Source: Aeropyrum pernix K1
GTDB lineage: Archaea > Thermoproteota > Thermoprotei_A > Sulfolobales > Acidilobaceae
Direction: 5' to 3'
Length of the DNA stretch: 32,000 nucleotides
NCBI RefSeq assembly: GCF_000011125.1
Contig: NC_000854.2
Location: forward strand, 270,001 to 302,000
Within the stretch, counting starts at the first letter, position 1, and each line of letters opens with the position of its first letter. Under the pieces are notes generated by a model. The model worked only from the letters and a program-made list of their open reading frames with translations. It did no database searches and was not told the origin of the DNA. The translations under genes and the position numbers were made by a program. This document shows positions 10,144 to 18,072 of this stretch, in pieces.

Positions 10144-11940
10144 CTAGCCCGACACAAGCTCATCCAGCGCCTTCAACGCCCTATCCCTAATCTCGTCTAT
10201 CTTCTCCAGCTGGTCGTTGGGTATGGTGAACTTCGCCTTCACTATGTCTATATAAAGCCTGCCGAGGGCCTGGAGTATCTGCTGGGTCGTCACGCCCTTC
10301 TCAATCAGCTCTAGGCTCTTCCTGTGTATGTCCATAATCATCTTCAGCAGCCTGAACTGCTTCTGAGGCGTTGCGAAGGCGTCTATGGGGTCGAAGGCGT
10401 TCTGCTTCAGGAACCCGTCCTTGATTAGCCTGGCCGTCTCCAGCACCATCTTATCCTTCTCGTCCAAACCCTCAGTACCAACCAGCCTGACTATCTCCTG
10501 GAGCTCGCTCTCCCTCAGCAAAATGTCCATAGCCTCGTCCCTATACTCCCTCCACCTCTTATCCACGTTCTCATGCCACCACTGCGTCACGAGGTCTACA
10601 TAGGCGCTGTAGCTCATGAGCCAGTTTATAGCCGGATAGTGCCTGCTGTAGGCGAGCTTCGTGTCGAGAGCCCAGAACACCCTGATGAACCTTGTAGTGT
10701 GGCTTGTGACCGGCTCGCTAAAGTCACCGCCCGGCGGGCTTACAGCGCCGACCACGGTCACGCTACCGCTCCTCTCCGGGGAGCCTAGGGCCTTGACCCT
10801 GCCCGCCCTCTCGTAGAACTCGGCCAGCCTGGAGGCGAGGTAGCTGGGGTAGCCCTCCTCGGCGGGCATCTCCTCGAGACGCCCAGCGATCTCCCTTAGC
10901 GCCTCCGCCCACCTGCTGGTGGAGTCGGCGACGAGGAGGACGTCGTAGCCCATGTCCCTGTAGTACTCTGCTATCGTTATGCCGACGTAGATGCTCGCCT
11001 CCCTAGCGGCTACCGGCATGTTGCTAGTGTTGGCTATGAGGACAGTCCTGTCCATCAGCGGCTTCCCGGTCCAGGGGTCCTTATACTGGGGGAACCTCTC
11101 GAGGACCTCGGTCATCTCGTTGCCCCGCTCGCCGCAGCCTATGTATATGACCACCCTAGCCTCGCTCCACTGGGCCAGCGAGTGGAGGGTCACCGTCTTC
11201 CCCGTTCCGAACCCCCCGGGCACGGCGCCCGTGCCACCCTTCGCCATGGGGAAGAACGTGTCTATAATCCTGACCCCAGTTATCAGGGGGAGCTGGGGCT
11301 CCAGCTTCTCCTTGAAGGGCCTGGGTATACGGACAGGCCACCTCTGGTGCATCCTAATCTCCACATCCCTACCGTCCCTCTCGACCACCGCTATCGTGTC
11401 CTCAACACTATAGTCGCCCTCGCTGGCGAGCCACTTAAGCCTCCCCCTTATCCCGGGGGGCACCATGACAACATGCTCTATCAGGCTAGTCTCCGGCACC
11501 CTCCCCAGGGCGTCGCCCCCCTCTACCTTATCACCCTCCTTCAGCGGCTCCGGCTTGAAGTGGAACTTCCTATCCCTGGGCAGGGGGGGCGCCTGTATCC
11601 CCCTCTCTACGAACATCCTCCTCCTAGGGTCTACCTCGGCCACCTTCTCGGCGATTATGGGGAGGGGCCTCTGGACGCCGTCGTATATTGTGCCTAGGAG
11701 GCCGGGACCCAGCTCCACGCTCAGGGGGGCGCCTGTGCCCACAACAGGCTCCCCAGGCTTGAGGCCGCTGGTGGACTCGTAGACCTGTATGAAAGCCCTG
11801 TCGCCCCTAATCCTCGTTATCTCGCCTATAAGCCTGTCCTCGCCAACATAGACCATCTCATACATCTGAGCGCCGCTCATCCCCTCGGCCACGACCAAGG
11901 GGCCCGAGATCCTAACTATAGACCCCTTAACAGCCAACAC
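10144..11940 (-). CDS. atpA: A1A0/V-type ATP synthase subunit A (catalytic)
   Basis: 598 aa. Walker [11 protein letters not shown], plus [12 protein letters not shown] and [43 protein letters not shown]. Confidence 0.97.
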
Positions 11941-11975
11941 TCCAGCACCCCCAAGCTAGACGATTCGAGACGGCT

Positions 11976-12578
11976 TTAAGCTTCGAACAGCGCCCTCTTC
12001 ACAGCCCTCCTTAGCCTAGGCTCCTCTGCAGCAATAATATTGTTCACAGTATAGTCCAGCCTCGCGCCCTCCGCAAGCTCCACGACAACGCCGCCGTATA
12101 TACCCTCCACCGCCTCGACGGAGACCCCGTCTAGGCCCAGCTTCCCTAGGACCTCCCTCACAATCTCCTCATCCTCGGGAGCACAGAGGACCTTCGCCAC
12201 AGAGCCGCCAGACTCCCCTGCGGCGCTGCCTAACACCCTCTCGAGATACTGCCTATAACTCTCCATACCCGCCTTCCTCCTCCTAAACTCGGCTAGAGCC
12301 TCCTCAATCAGCCTCGACACCAGCTCATCCTTAACCCTCTCAGCCTCAGTCCTGACCTCCAGATCCGCCTTAGACTTTAGGCCCTGCAGCCTCTCCCTAG
12401 CCTCCTCAACCCTCGACTCCAGCCTCTTCCTAGCAGCCGAGAGAGCAGACTTGTAAGCCTCCTCAACAAGCTTCAAACCAGCCTCCCTAGCCTCCTCAAC
12501 CCTCGCCAGGGCCTCTTTGAACGGCTTCTCGAGAACGGTGTCAGCAAACCTCCTAGGGTCACCCTGAACCTTGGCCAA
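11976..12578 (-). CDS. atpE: A1A0/V-type ATP synthase subunit E
   Basis: 200 aa. Long charged coiled-coil N-terminal half and a globular C-terminus (GIYGGVVVELAEGARLDYTVNNII...LFE) typical of archaeal subunit E. Operon context supports the call. Confidence 0.8.
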   Translation of the reverse strand: MAKVQGDPRRFADTVLEKPFKEALARVEEAREAGLKLVEEAYKSALSAARKRLESRVEEARERLQGLKSKADLEVRTEAERVKDELVSRLIEEALAEFRRRKAGMESYRQYLERVLGSAAGESGGSVAKVLCAPEDEEIVREVLGKLGLDGVSVEAVEGIYGGVVVELAEGARLDYTVNNIIAAEEPRLRRAVKRALFEA

Positions 12579-12593
12579 CAGCCATGCACCCCC

Positions 12594-12905
12594 CTAACCG
12601 AAGCCGAGGGCACGGGCTATTAGCTTCTTAACATCTATAGGCTCAGCCTTCTCGCCCATCGACGGTATTATCAGAAGCGTGACCCCGAGCCTGTCAGCCT
12701 CTCTCCGCAGCGACTCCTCATCCTCTACGAGATGCTTGAGCACCAGCACTATCCTTACGCCGTTCTCGACCACACTCCTCCTGAAGGCGTCCAGGACCTC
12801 CTCACTCCCAGCAACCTCCACGACGCTAGCGCCCACGCCCATAAACAGTGGGGCGGTCTCCCTGTCGACTATCGCGAGTATCCTGCCACCCGCCACAGCC
12901 ATCAT
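12594..12905 (-). CDS. atpF: A1A0/V-type ATP synthase subunit F
   Basis: 103 aa. ILAIVDRETAPLFMGVGASVVEV...VRIVLV fits the size and the iavigd..t..gf.l.G pattern of subunit F. It is the first gene of the visible operon. Confidence 0.75.
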   Translation of the reverse strand: MMAVAGGRILAIVDRETAPLFMGVGASVVEVAGSEEVLDAFRRSVVENGVRIVLVLKHLVEDEESLRREADRLGVTLLIIPSMGEKAEPIDVKKLIARALGFG

Positions 12906-13067
12906 ACAACACCTAAGCCTCCCGTGGCGCCTTCACAGTGAACCCATGGGACTATGGGAGCCGCAGACGCTTTTATCCAGCACCCAGGGCTCCACCTGTC
13001 TTAGCGAACGGCTGTATTGCGTGTATAACACCTCTTCCCCCTTCCGTCTGCCTAGGGTGGGGCTAGG

Positions 13068-14156
13068 GTGGCCATTATACTGGGGGGGATGGTGCCTAGG
13101 CCGCCGTGGAAGTACAGGCTATTGGCTGCTATACACGCCCACAGGAACGCGGGTGACCCGGGGGCCGATCCTCTGGTGAGAAGGGCTGTGGAGAGGCTCG
13201 TAGCCGTGACCTCGAGGGTAGTGTTTGGCGTTGAGAAGCCTGGCTGGATAACCTCTGGGGCGAGCGAGGGCAATCTCCTAGCACTCTACACCCTCCGGGA
13301 GGAGGGGTACCGGAGGGTTGTAGCGTTCGACACGTCACACTACAGCATCAAAAAGTCGGCGCTGACGCTATCCATGGAGCTCGACCTCCTCCCCACCCAC
13401 GGGGGGAGGCCCAGGCTAGACCTCCTGGAGAGGAGGATCACGCCCGACTCTGTTGTTGTGGCCACCGTAGGCACCACGCAGGAGGGGCTAGTCGACCCAG
13501 TGGAGGAGATAGCGGGGGTGGCGGAGAGCGTTGGGGCAGCGGTCCATGTTGACGCGGCCTACGGAGGCTACATAGCAAGGTTCCTAACCGGGAAGGCCCG
13601 GTTCAGACTCGAACCTCCCGTCATGACGGTAGTGGTGGACGCCCATAAGATCCCGGAGGCGCCCCCTCCCGCGGGCGTGATACTCGCCTCCAAGCAGAAA
13701 CTCCTAGACAACCTGTGGTTCGAATCACCCTACATACCAACAGGCAGGCAGTTCGGCATCCTCGGCACCAGGCCGGGAGGCCCCATAGTGGCGGCGTGGA
13801 GGAGGGTTGAGGACCTCGAGAGAAACCCCGGCTTCCCCAGGCTCGCCAGCATCCTAATGAGGAGGCTCAGGAAGACACTGAAAGCACTTGAAAGACTCGG
13901 CTACGAGACACCAGTAACTCCCGACCTACCAGTTGCCTGCGCCACACACCCCAGACTGGGAGAGGTCCTCGAAAGGCTCAAAGCCTCGGGAGTACGAGTC
14001 TACAGGTGCCGTTCACCCAAACCGTGCCTTCATGTAACAAATTATGGCAGGTTGTGTCGGGCACGGCTGGGGTCATCACGGTCTCCCCGGGGCTGCCTAC
14101 GGAAGCCCCTGGGGGCTTCCCTCGGGAACCCCGGGGTCACCGGGTTAGGTTTATAA
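13068..14156 (+). CDS. PLP-dependent group II decarboxylase (MfnA-like tyrosine/aspartate decarboxylase); the 3' tail is suspect
   Basis: ITSGASEGNLLAL, VATVGTTQEGLVDP, HVDAAYGGYI and the PLP-lysine motif VVVDAHKIPEAP. The last 40 codons or so (RCRSPKPCLHVTNYGRLCRARLGSSRSPRGCLRKPLGASLGNPGVTGLGL) are Cys/Arg/Gly-rich, run through GC palindromes and end exactly at the GC drop. The annotated 3' end may therefore not be native. Confidence 0.8.
   Translation: MAIILGGMVPRPPWKYRLLAAIHAHRNAGDPGADPLVRRAVERLVAVTSRVVFGVEKPGWITSGASEGNLLALYTLREEGYRRVVAFDTSHYSIKKSALTLSMELDLLPTHGGRPRLDLLERRITPDSVVVATVGTTQEGLVDPVEEIAGVAESVGAAVHVDAAYGGYIARFLTGKARFRLEPPVMTVVVDAHKIPEAPPPAGVILASKQKLLDNLWFESPYIPTGRQFGILGTRPGGPIVAAWRRVEDLERNPGFPRLASILMRRLRKTLKALERLGYETPVTPDLPVACATHPRLGEVLERLKASGVRVYRCRSPKPCLHVTNYGRLCRARLGSSRSPRGCLRKPLGASLGNPGVTGLGL
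14101..14120. repeat. Palindrome ggaagcccc-tg-ggggcttcc (9-bp arms)
   Basis: Read directly from the sequence. Flanked by two further GC palindromes, ccccgggg (14085-14092) and accccggggt (14128-14137). Confidence 0.9.
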
Positions 14157-14178
14157 GCTTAAAGCCTTATAAGTTTTA

Positions 14179-14193
14179 TTGGGGATTCCCCAA
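14179..14193. repeat. 15-nt perfect palindrome ttggggaTtccccaa
   Basis: Read directly from the sequence. It lies about 30 nt inside the island's left edge. Confidence 0.9.
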
Positions 14194-14220
14194 TATGAGC
14201 TACATAACGAAGAGATATGC

Positions 14221-14251
14221 TTAGATAGGCATTCAACACCAGCCTATCTAA
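14221..14251. repeat. Inverted repeat ttagataggc / gcctatctaa (10-bp arms, 11-nt spacer)
   Basis: Read directly from the sequence: 14221-14230 is the reverse complement of 14242-14251. Confidence 0.9.
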
Positions 14252-14265
14252 CAGCTCTACGCGGT

Positions 14266-14324
14266 ATAGAAAGATACAGTTCGATACAGAAAGTTACAGC
14301 TTAGTATTTCTGCCCCCGGTACAG
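14266..14324. repeat. Phased direct repeats: atagaaagatacag / acagaaagttacag (12/14 identical, period 20) containing G-N-TACAG heptamers
   Basis: Heptamers: gatacag at 14273, gatacag at 14283, gttacag at 14293 (exact 10-nt spacing), and ggtacag at 14318. Confidence 0.85.
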
Positions 14325-14390
14325 CGGGGTGAGAATAGTGATGATGCCGAGTATAAGACCGAAAACCTATATAAAATATCTAGCTTTGCA

Positions 14391-17300
14391 TTAAATAGGT
14401 CCTCCTGCACCGAAGTAGTATTCTTCCCGTTTCTCGATACTCACTTTCCTTCTGAACGGAATTCTTTCGGCAGGATTCTTTATACAAAGTATGACCGGTT
14501 TCTCTGTTCTAACACCATAGACTATATAGAGCCAGTAATTATCTCCCTTCTTCTCAGCCACCTTGAACTCCTCGCTTTTAAGCCCAAAGTTAAGGGATCT
14601 CTTAATTTTAGTCTTAACTTCGATGAACCTCTCCTCTTTGATACTTCCATCTTCTCCTCTTTTTACACTTCTCACATCATAATGCTCATGTCCCGAAACC
14701 CTTGTAGGTTCCCTATCTTCTTGTTTCTCATAGTCTAGTACAGTGGAGATAGCTTCATCTTCAGCCCAACCCCACACTTCCTCACTAGGCACATCCTTTA
14801 CTTCAGGTAGATTTGCAGAACTAATCATTATGAATGTGGGCTCCCTGATTTTCACTTGGGGCTCATATGTATGAAAGAATTTTTTAGCACCCAGCTTCTC
14901 CTTAACCTCCTCATACTCTTCAAGCATTTTAATTAGCTTAACAGCCCCATTCTTGAGCGCCGTTTCATAGAATGTATTGGGCGAAGAACTCATGATTTGG
15001 GGAATTAAATTAAGGACATCATCTAAGCCGTAAACTTCATCTACAGGAACTGAATTATCAAGTATTTTAAGGAGCTTGCTAAAGAGCTCCTTTCCCCTAA
15101 GTATAGTTAAGCTGTATGTCTCAACATTAGCCAATATCCCTATAGGCTCCCTATATCTAATTTCTCCGCCTATTAATACCTCAACTTCCGATAGAAGCAT
15201 TACCTCCTTTTCACTGCTTTGATAAACAAAATACTTTGCATGGTCATCTGTTCTGAAATAGGCCTGCAACCTTTTCAAGAAGGTCTCGGGGTTACTAATA
15301 GGTAGTTCAAACACAGTTCCATCTTTAGATCTTAAAAGTATCTTATCCTCTCTTTCCTCGAAACTTAGGTCTAGTATCTTAGAAAATGCTTCTCCAGCAT
15401 TTTTCAATGTCTCGACAACATCCTCCATATCTCTAAAGCCAGTTAGATGTAGCAACTCCTCCCGAACCTTTTCAGCGTCTGCTCTAACCGGAAATATTCT
15501 CTTATACTTTATCTCCCTTACGAGCCTCTTCAACGCCTTTATAAAGGCTTTAACAAAAGCACGGGCATCTTTGGCAACTAATTCGATAATCCTCGCTTCC
15601 GAGAGCGAAATTTTCCTATTCTCGAAGTTTATCTCAATTGGTATAAGGCCACCTATGGTCTCCCTCTCTTCAACAGCATGTTCTAATAATTCATTCCTTA
15701 TGGTTGAAAGGAACACTTGTTCTCCTAATATTGGTTCGAGTTTCCCTACTGAAATTGATATTCCATAGAGCTTCGCAAAGACAGTTTCAGCTACCTCTTT
15801 CTCCAGGCCATCGGCTAGGAATAGGTTAAACACATAGGTAGTTTTGTCCTGACCATATCTCCAAACCCTACCTATTCTCTGCTCAAGCCTTATGGGAGAC
15901 CAGGTTATCTCATAGTTGATAATGACATTGGCGTACTGAAGATTTAGTCCCTCACCAGCGACATCAGTTGTGACAAGAACTCTTCTACCATCCTCAGACA
16001 ACCACCTCTTTATATCCTCGATTTCACCCCTATTCTCAGAGGTAAATACCCTTACTATGCCTGGATCTCCAAACTCATCCTCGGCCCACTTCCTCAGCTT
16101 CTCGTAGAGATAAGTTGCAGTATCCTTAAACTCGGTGAACACAATGGCTTTCTGGCTAGCCAAATCTTTAAACTCGTCGGGAAGCTCCTCGGGAGGCGTA
16201 TATAGCACCAGTCCAAGTATTTTCTTCAGGGTTTCTACTTTGGAATCGACCGCTTTGCCTACTAAAATATCTTCAGCATACTTCTGAGCTTTCTTTAACT
16301 CTTCCCTAAACATATCGTCAAGGAGCTTATCGAAGTATATAGCTAGTCTCTCAAACTCTTCATCGAGCTCCTCATCTATTTCTCCGATATCTCCTGAGAG
16401 TATCTCGTCTAACTTCCTAGCGTAGTCTTCTATCTCCTCAGCTATTTTCTTCTGAGCCTCATCTGGGGTATACCCTCTGTCAATAAGCTCTATGAACCTG
16501 CCCCTCTTTTCCACAAGTTTGCCGAAAGTCTTTACTAGAGCCTGAGGACTCGAAAGCCCTCTCTTGACGAGTAAGGTTCTTAGTAAAGCTACTATGCTCT
16601 GTGCTCTACCTGTTTTCCAGCCTAGCTCCTTTACAATGTAGGTGTAATAGCTTCTTAGATAGGATGTTGTAAGCTCGGTTATAGTCCGCAGAAAGCCTCT
16701 CTCAACATCGTTAGGCTCTATAAGAACCGCCAGCATGTTGCAGGGTTTGAATATCTCGGCTCTTTCATAGATCTTGTTCACGTCATCCTTGTTTCTCCTG
16801 AAGAGGATTACATTATGTGTTCGCTGGTAGAATTCCGGCTTATCAAAAACTTTCTCAAGAGTGCTCACACTAGTTACGTCCAGAAGCGTTGGATCAACTA
16901 GTGCTAAACGTGAGAGATAATCGTTGGCCTTTCCTCTATGGGGTGTAGCCGATAACAGCAGCACTATAGCATCTCTATTCTCCATTATAAGCTTCCCCAG
17001 GTTTCTCCATCTCATGTTCGGTTCTCCGCCAACGACACCGAGCTTGTGGGCTTCGTCAACTACTATTGCATCCCATTTGTTTCTTTGGAGAAAAGCCATA
17101 TACTCTGGCCGCTTTAGAGTATCAATAGACCCTATGTACCATCCGGAAGGTAGCTCGGGTTGTTTGGCTCGGAAGTCTAGGCTTTTCCTTTCTATTAGGA
17201 TTGGATTGATGCCCATGCTTCTCATCTCGTCTTTCCATTGTTCAACAAGTACCGCTGGTACTGCGATTAGAACCCTCCCTAGCTTCTGGTTCTTGTAGTG

Positions 17301-17510
17301 TTCTATTGTCTTGAGTATTCTGAGTGCTGTAACGGTTTTTCCGAGCCCTATCACATCGGCTATGAGAATTCTAGTAGGCTTTATGAAGAGAGACTTGGCC
17401 ACCACCTCAGTCTGATGGAGTAGGGGATTTTTTTCGCCGTATATGAAAAAGGGATTGGAATCAAGATACCTTTCCGCGGTCCACAAGAGGGGGGCTATAT
17501 ATGGGTTCAT
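14391..17510 (-). CDS. SNF2/SWI2-family helicase (DEAH) with a C-terminal PD-(D/E)xK-like (DUF3883-like) module
   Basis: 1039 aa. Helicase motif I ADVIGLGKTVTA, II VVDEAHKLG, III LLLSATPHRG, V VTTDVAGEGLNLQ, VI LEQRIGRVWRYGQ. C-terminal 123 aa: DEAISTVLDYEKQ...HYDVRS...RFIEVKTK...LKSEEFKVAEKKGDNYWLYIVYGV. Confidence 0.9.
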   Translation of the reverse strand: MNPYIAPLLWTAERYLDSNPFFIYGEKNPLLHQTEVVAKSLFIKPTRILIADVIGLGKTVTALRILKTIEHYKNQKLGRVLIAVPAVLVEQWKDEMRSMGINPILIERKSLDFRAKQPELPSGWYIGSIDTLKRPEYMAFLQRNKWDAIVVDEAHKLGVVGGEPNMRWRNLGKLIMENRDAIVLLLSATPHRGKANDYLSRLALVDPTLLDVTSVSTLEKVFDKPEFYQRTHNVILFRRNKDDVNKIYERAEIFKPCNMLAVLIEPNDVERGFLRTITELTTSYLRSYYTYIVKELGWKTGRAQSIVALLRTLLVKRGLSSPQALVKTFGKLVEKRGRFIELIDRGYTPDEAQKKIAEEIEDYARKLDEILSGDIGEIDEELDEEFERLAIYFDKLLDDMFREELKKAQKYAEDILVGKAVDSKVETLKKILGLVLYTPPEELPDEFKDLASQKAIVFTEFKDTATYLYEKLRKWAEDEFGDPGIVRVFTSENRGEIEDIKRWLSEDGRRVLVTTDVAGEGLNLQYANVIINYEITWSPIRLEQRIGRVWRYGQDKTTYVFNLFLADGLEKEVAETVFAKLYGISISVGKLEPILGEQVFLSTIRNELLEHAVEERETIGGLIPIEINFENRKISLSEARIIELVAKDARAFVKAFIKALKRLVREIKYKRIFPVRADAEKVREELLHLTGFRDMEDVVETLKNAGEAFSKILDLSFEEREDKILLRSKDGTVFELPISNPETFLKRLQAYFRTDDHAKYFVYQSSEKEVMLLSEVEVLIGGEIRYREPIGILANVETYSLTILRGKELFSKLLKILDNSVPVDEVYGLDDVLNLIPQIMSSSPNTFYETALKNGAVKLIKMLEEYEEVKEKLGAKKFFHTYEPQVKIREPTFIMISSANLPEVKDVPSEEVWGWAEDEAISTVLDYEKQEDREPTRVSGHEHYDVRSVKRGEDGSIKEERFIEVKTKIKRSLNFGLKSEEFKVAEKKGDNYWLYIVYGVRTEKPVILCIKNPAERIPFRRKVSIEKREEYYFGAGGPI

Positions 17511-17520
17511 GATCTCACGC

Positions 17521-18069
17521 CTAGTCGAGCTTGTAGAGGACTTTTACCGCCCTGCCAACTCTTAGCATATGCCAATGCCATGCCGGGTTACTGGAGGCCT
17601 TCAACTCTCTATACCTATCCATCACTATTGTTGACAAAATGTTGATAAGGTTAGCGTTCATGGTCAACAAAAGATTCCTTAAAGCATTGAACCTCGCTTC
17701 TAAAGGCTTTTTATAAGTTGAAACCGTGACCGCAAAGAGTAGATGCCTCCGGAAGGCTACCTCGTTCGGCAGAAGTACAATAGGTTTTTCATAGTAGAGG
17801 TTCTGGCCTCGAATCTTAGACATTCTAACTTCAACAGTCTCCCCGCCGAGCTCTCTAGAGAAATCCAGTACTAGCTCCATAAACCTAACCGGGAAGGCTA
17901 TTCTTGCTTCGCCATTCCCGGCTGCTCTTGACGGCTCCTGACCTTCAAGTAGGCTGTAATATTCAATGTAAAACCTATGGGTTCTCAAAATGCCCTCATA
18001 CCTGTAATAAGGTTTCTTTCTCTTCCTAGCGGTAAAGGTGAAAACGTACCGTCCCTCCCTGGCCATCAA
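17521..18069 (-). CDS. Hypothetical 182-aa protein, operon component (possibly the DUF3780-type partner)
   Basis: ATG-started ORF lying 3 nt after the ATPase stop and 10 nt before the helicase start. Basic N-terminus (ARKRKKPYYRYEG). No catalytic motif recognised. The family assignment is from memory of gene neighbourhoods, not from an alignment. Confidence 0.7.
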   Translation of the reverse strand: MMAREGRYVFTFTARKRKKPYYRYEGILRTHRFYIEYYSLLEGQEPSRAAGNGEARIAFPVRFMELVLDFSRELGGETVEVRMSKIRGQNLYYEKPIVLLPNEVAFRRHLLFAVTVSTYKKPLEARFNALRNLLLTMNANLINILSTIVMDRYRELKASSNPAWHWHMLRVGRAVKVLYKLD

Positions 18070-18072
18070 CTA

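Noticed and set aside
14006-14224. 72-aa plus-strand ORF spanning the host/island junction.
   Set aside because: It overlaps the decarboxylase gene out of frame and crosses the compositional boundary. It has no motif, so I treat it as an artefact.
14266-14324. The short phased repeats as a possible CRISPR array.
   Set aside because: The repeat units are only 7-14 nt, with 3-nt spacers. There are no 24-40-nt repeats or unique spacers, and no cas genes anywhere in the window.
14338-14344. C-box-like GTGATGA on the plus strand, just downstream of the helicase gene's 3' end.
   Set aside because: The nearest CTGA on that strand is more than 100 nt away, inside the helicase coding region. There is no D' or C' box either. 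It is probably a chance heptamer in AT-rich DNA.
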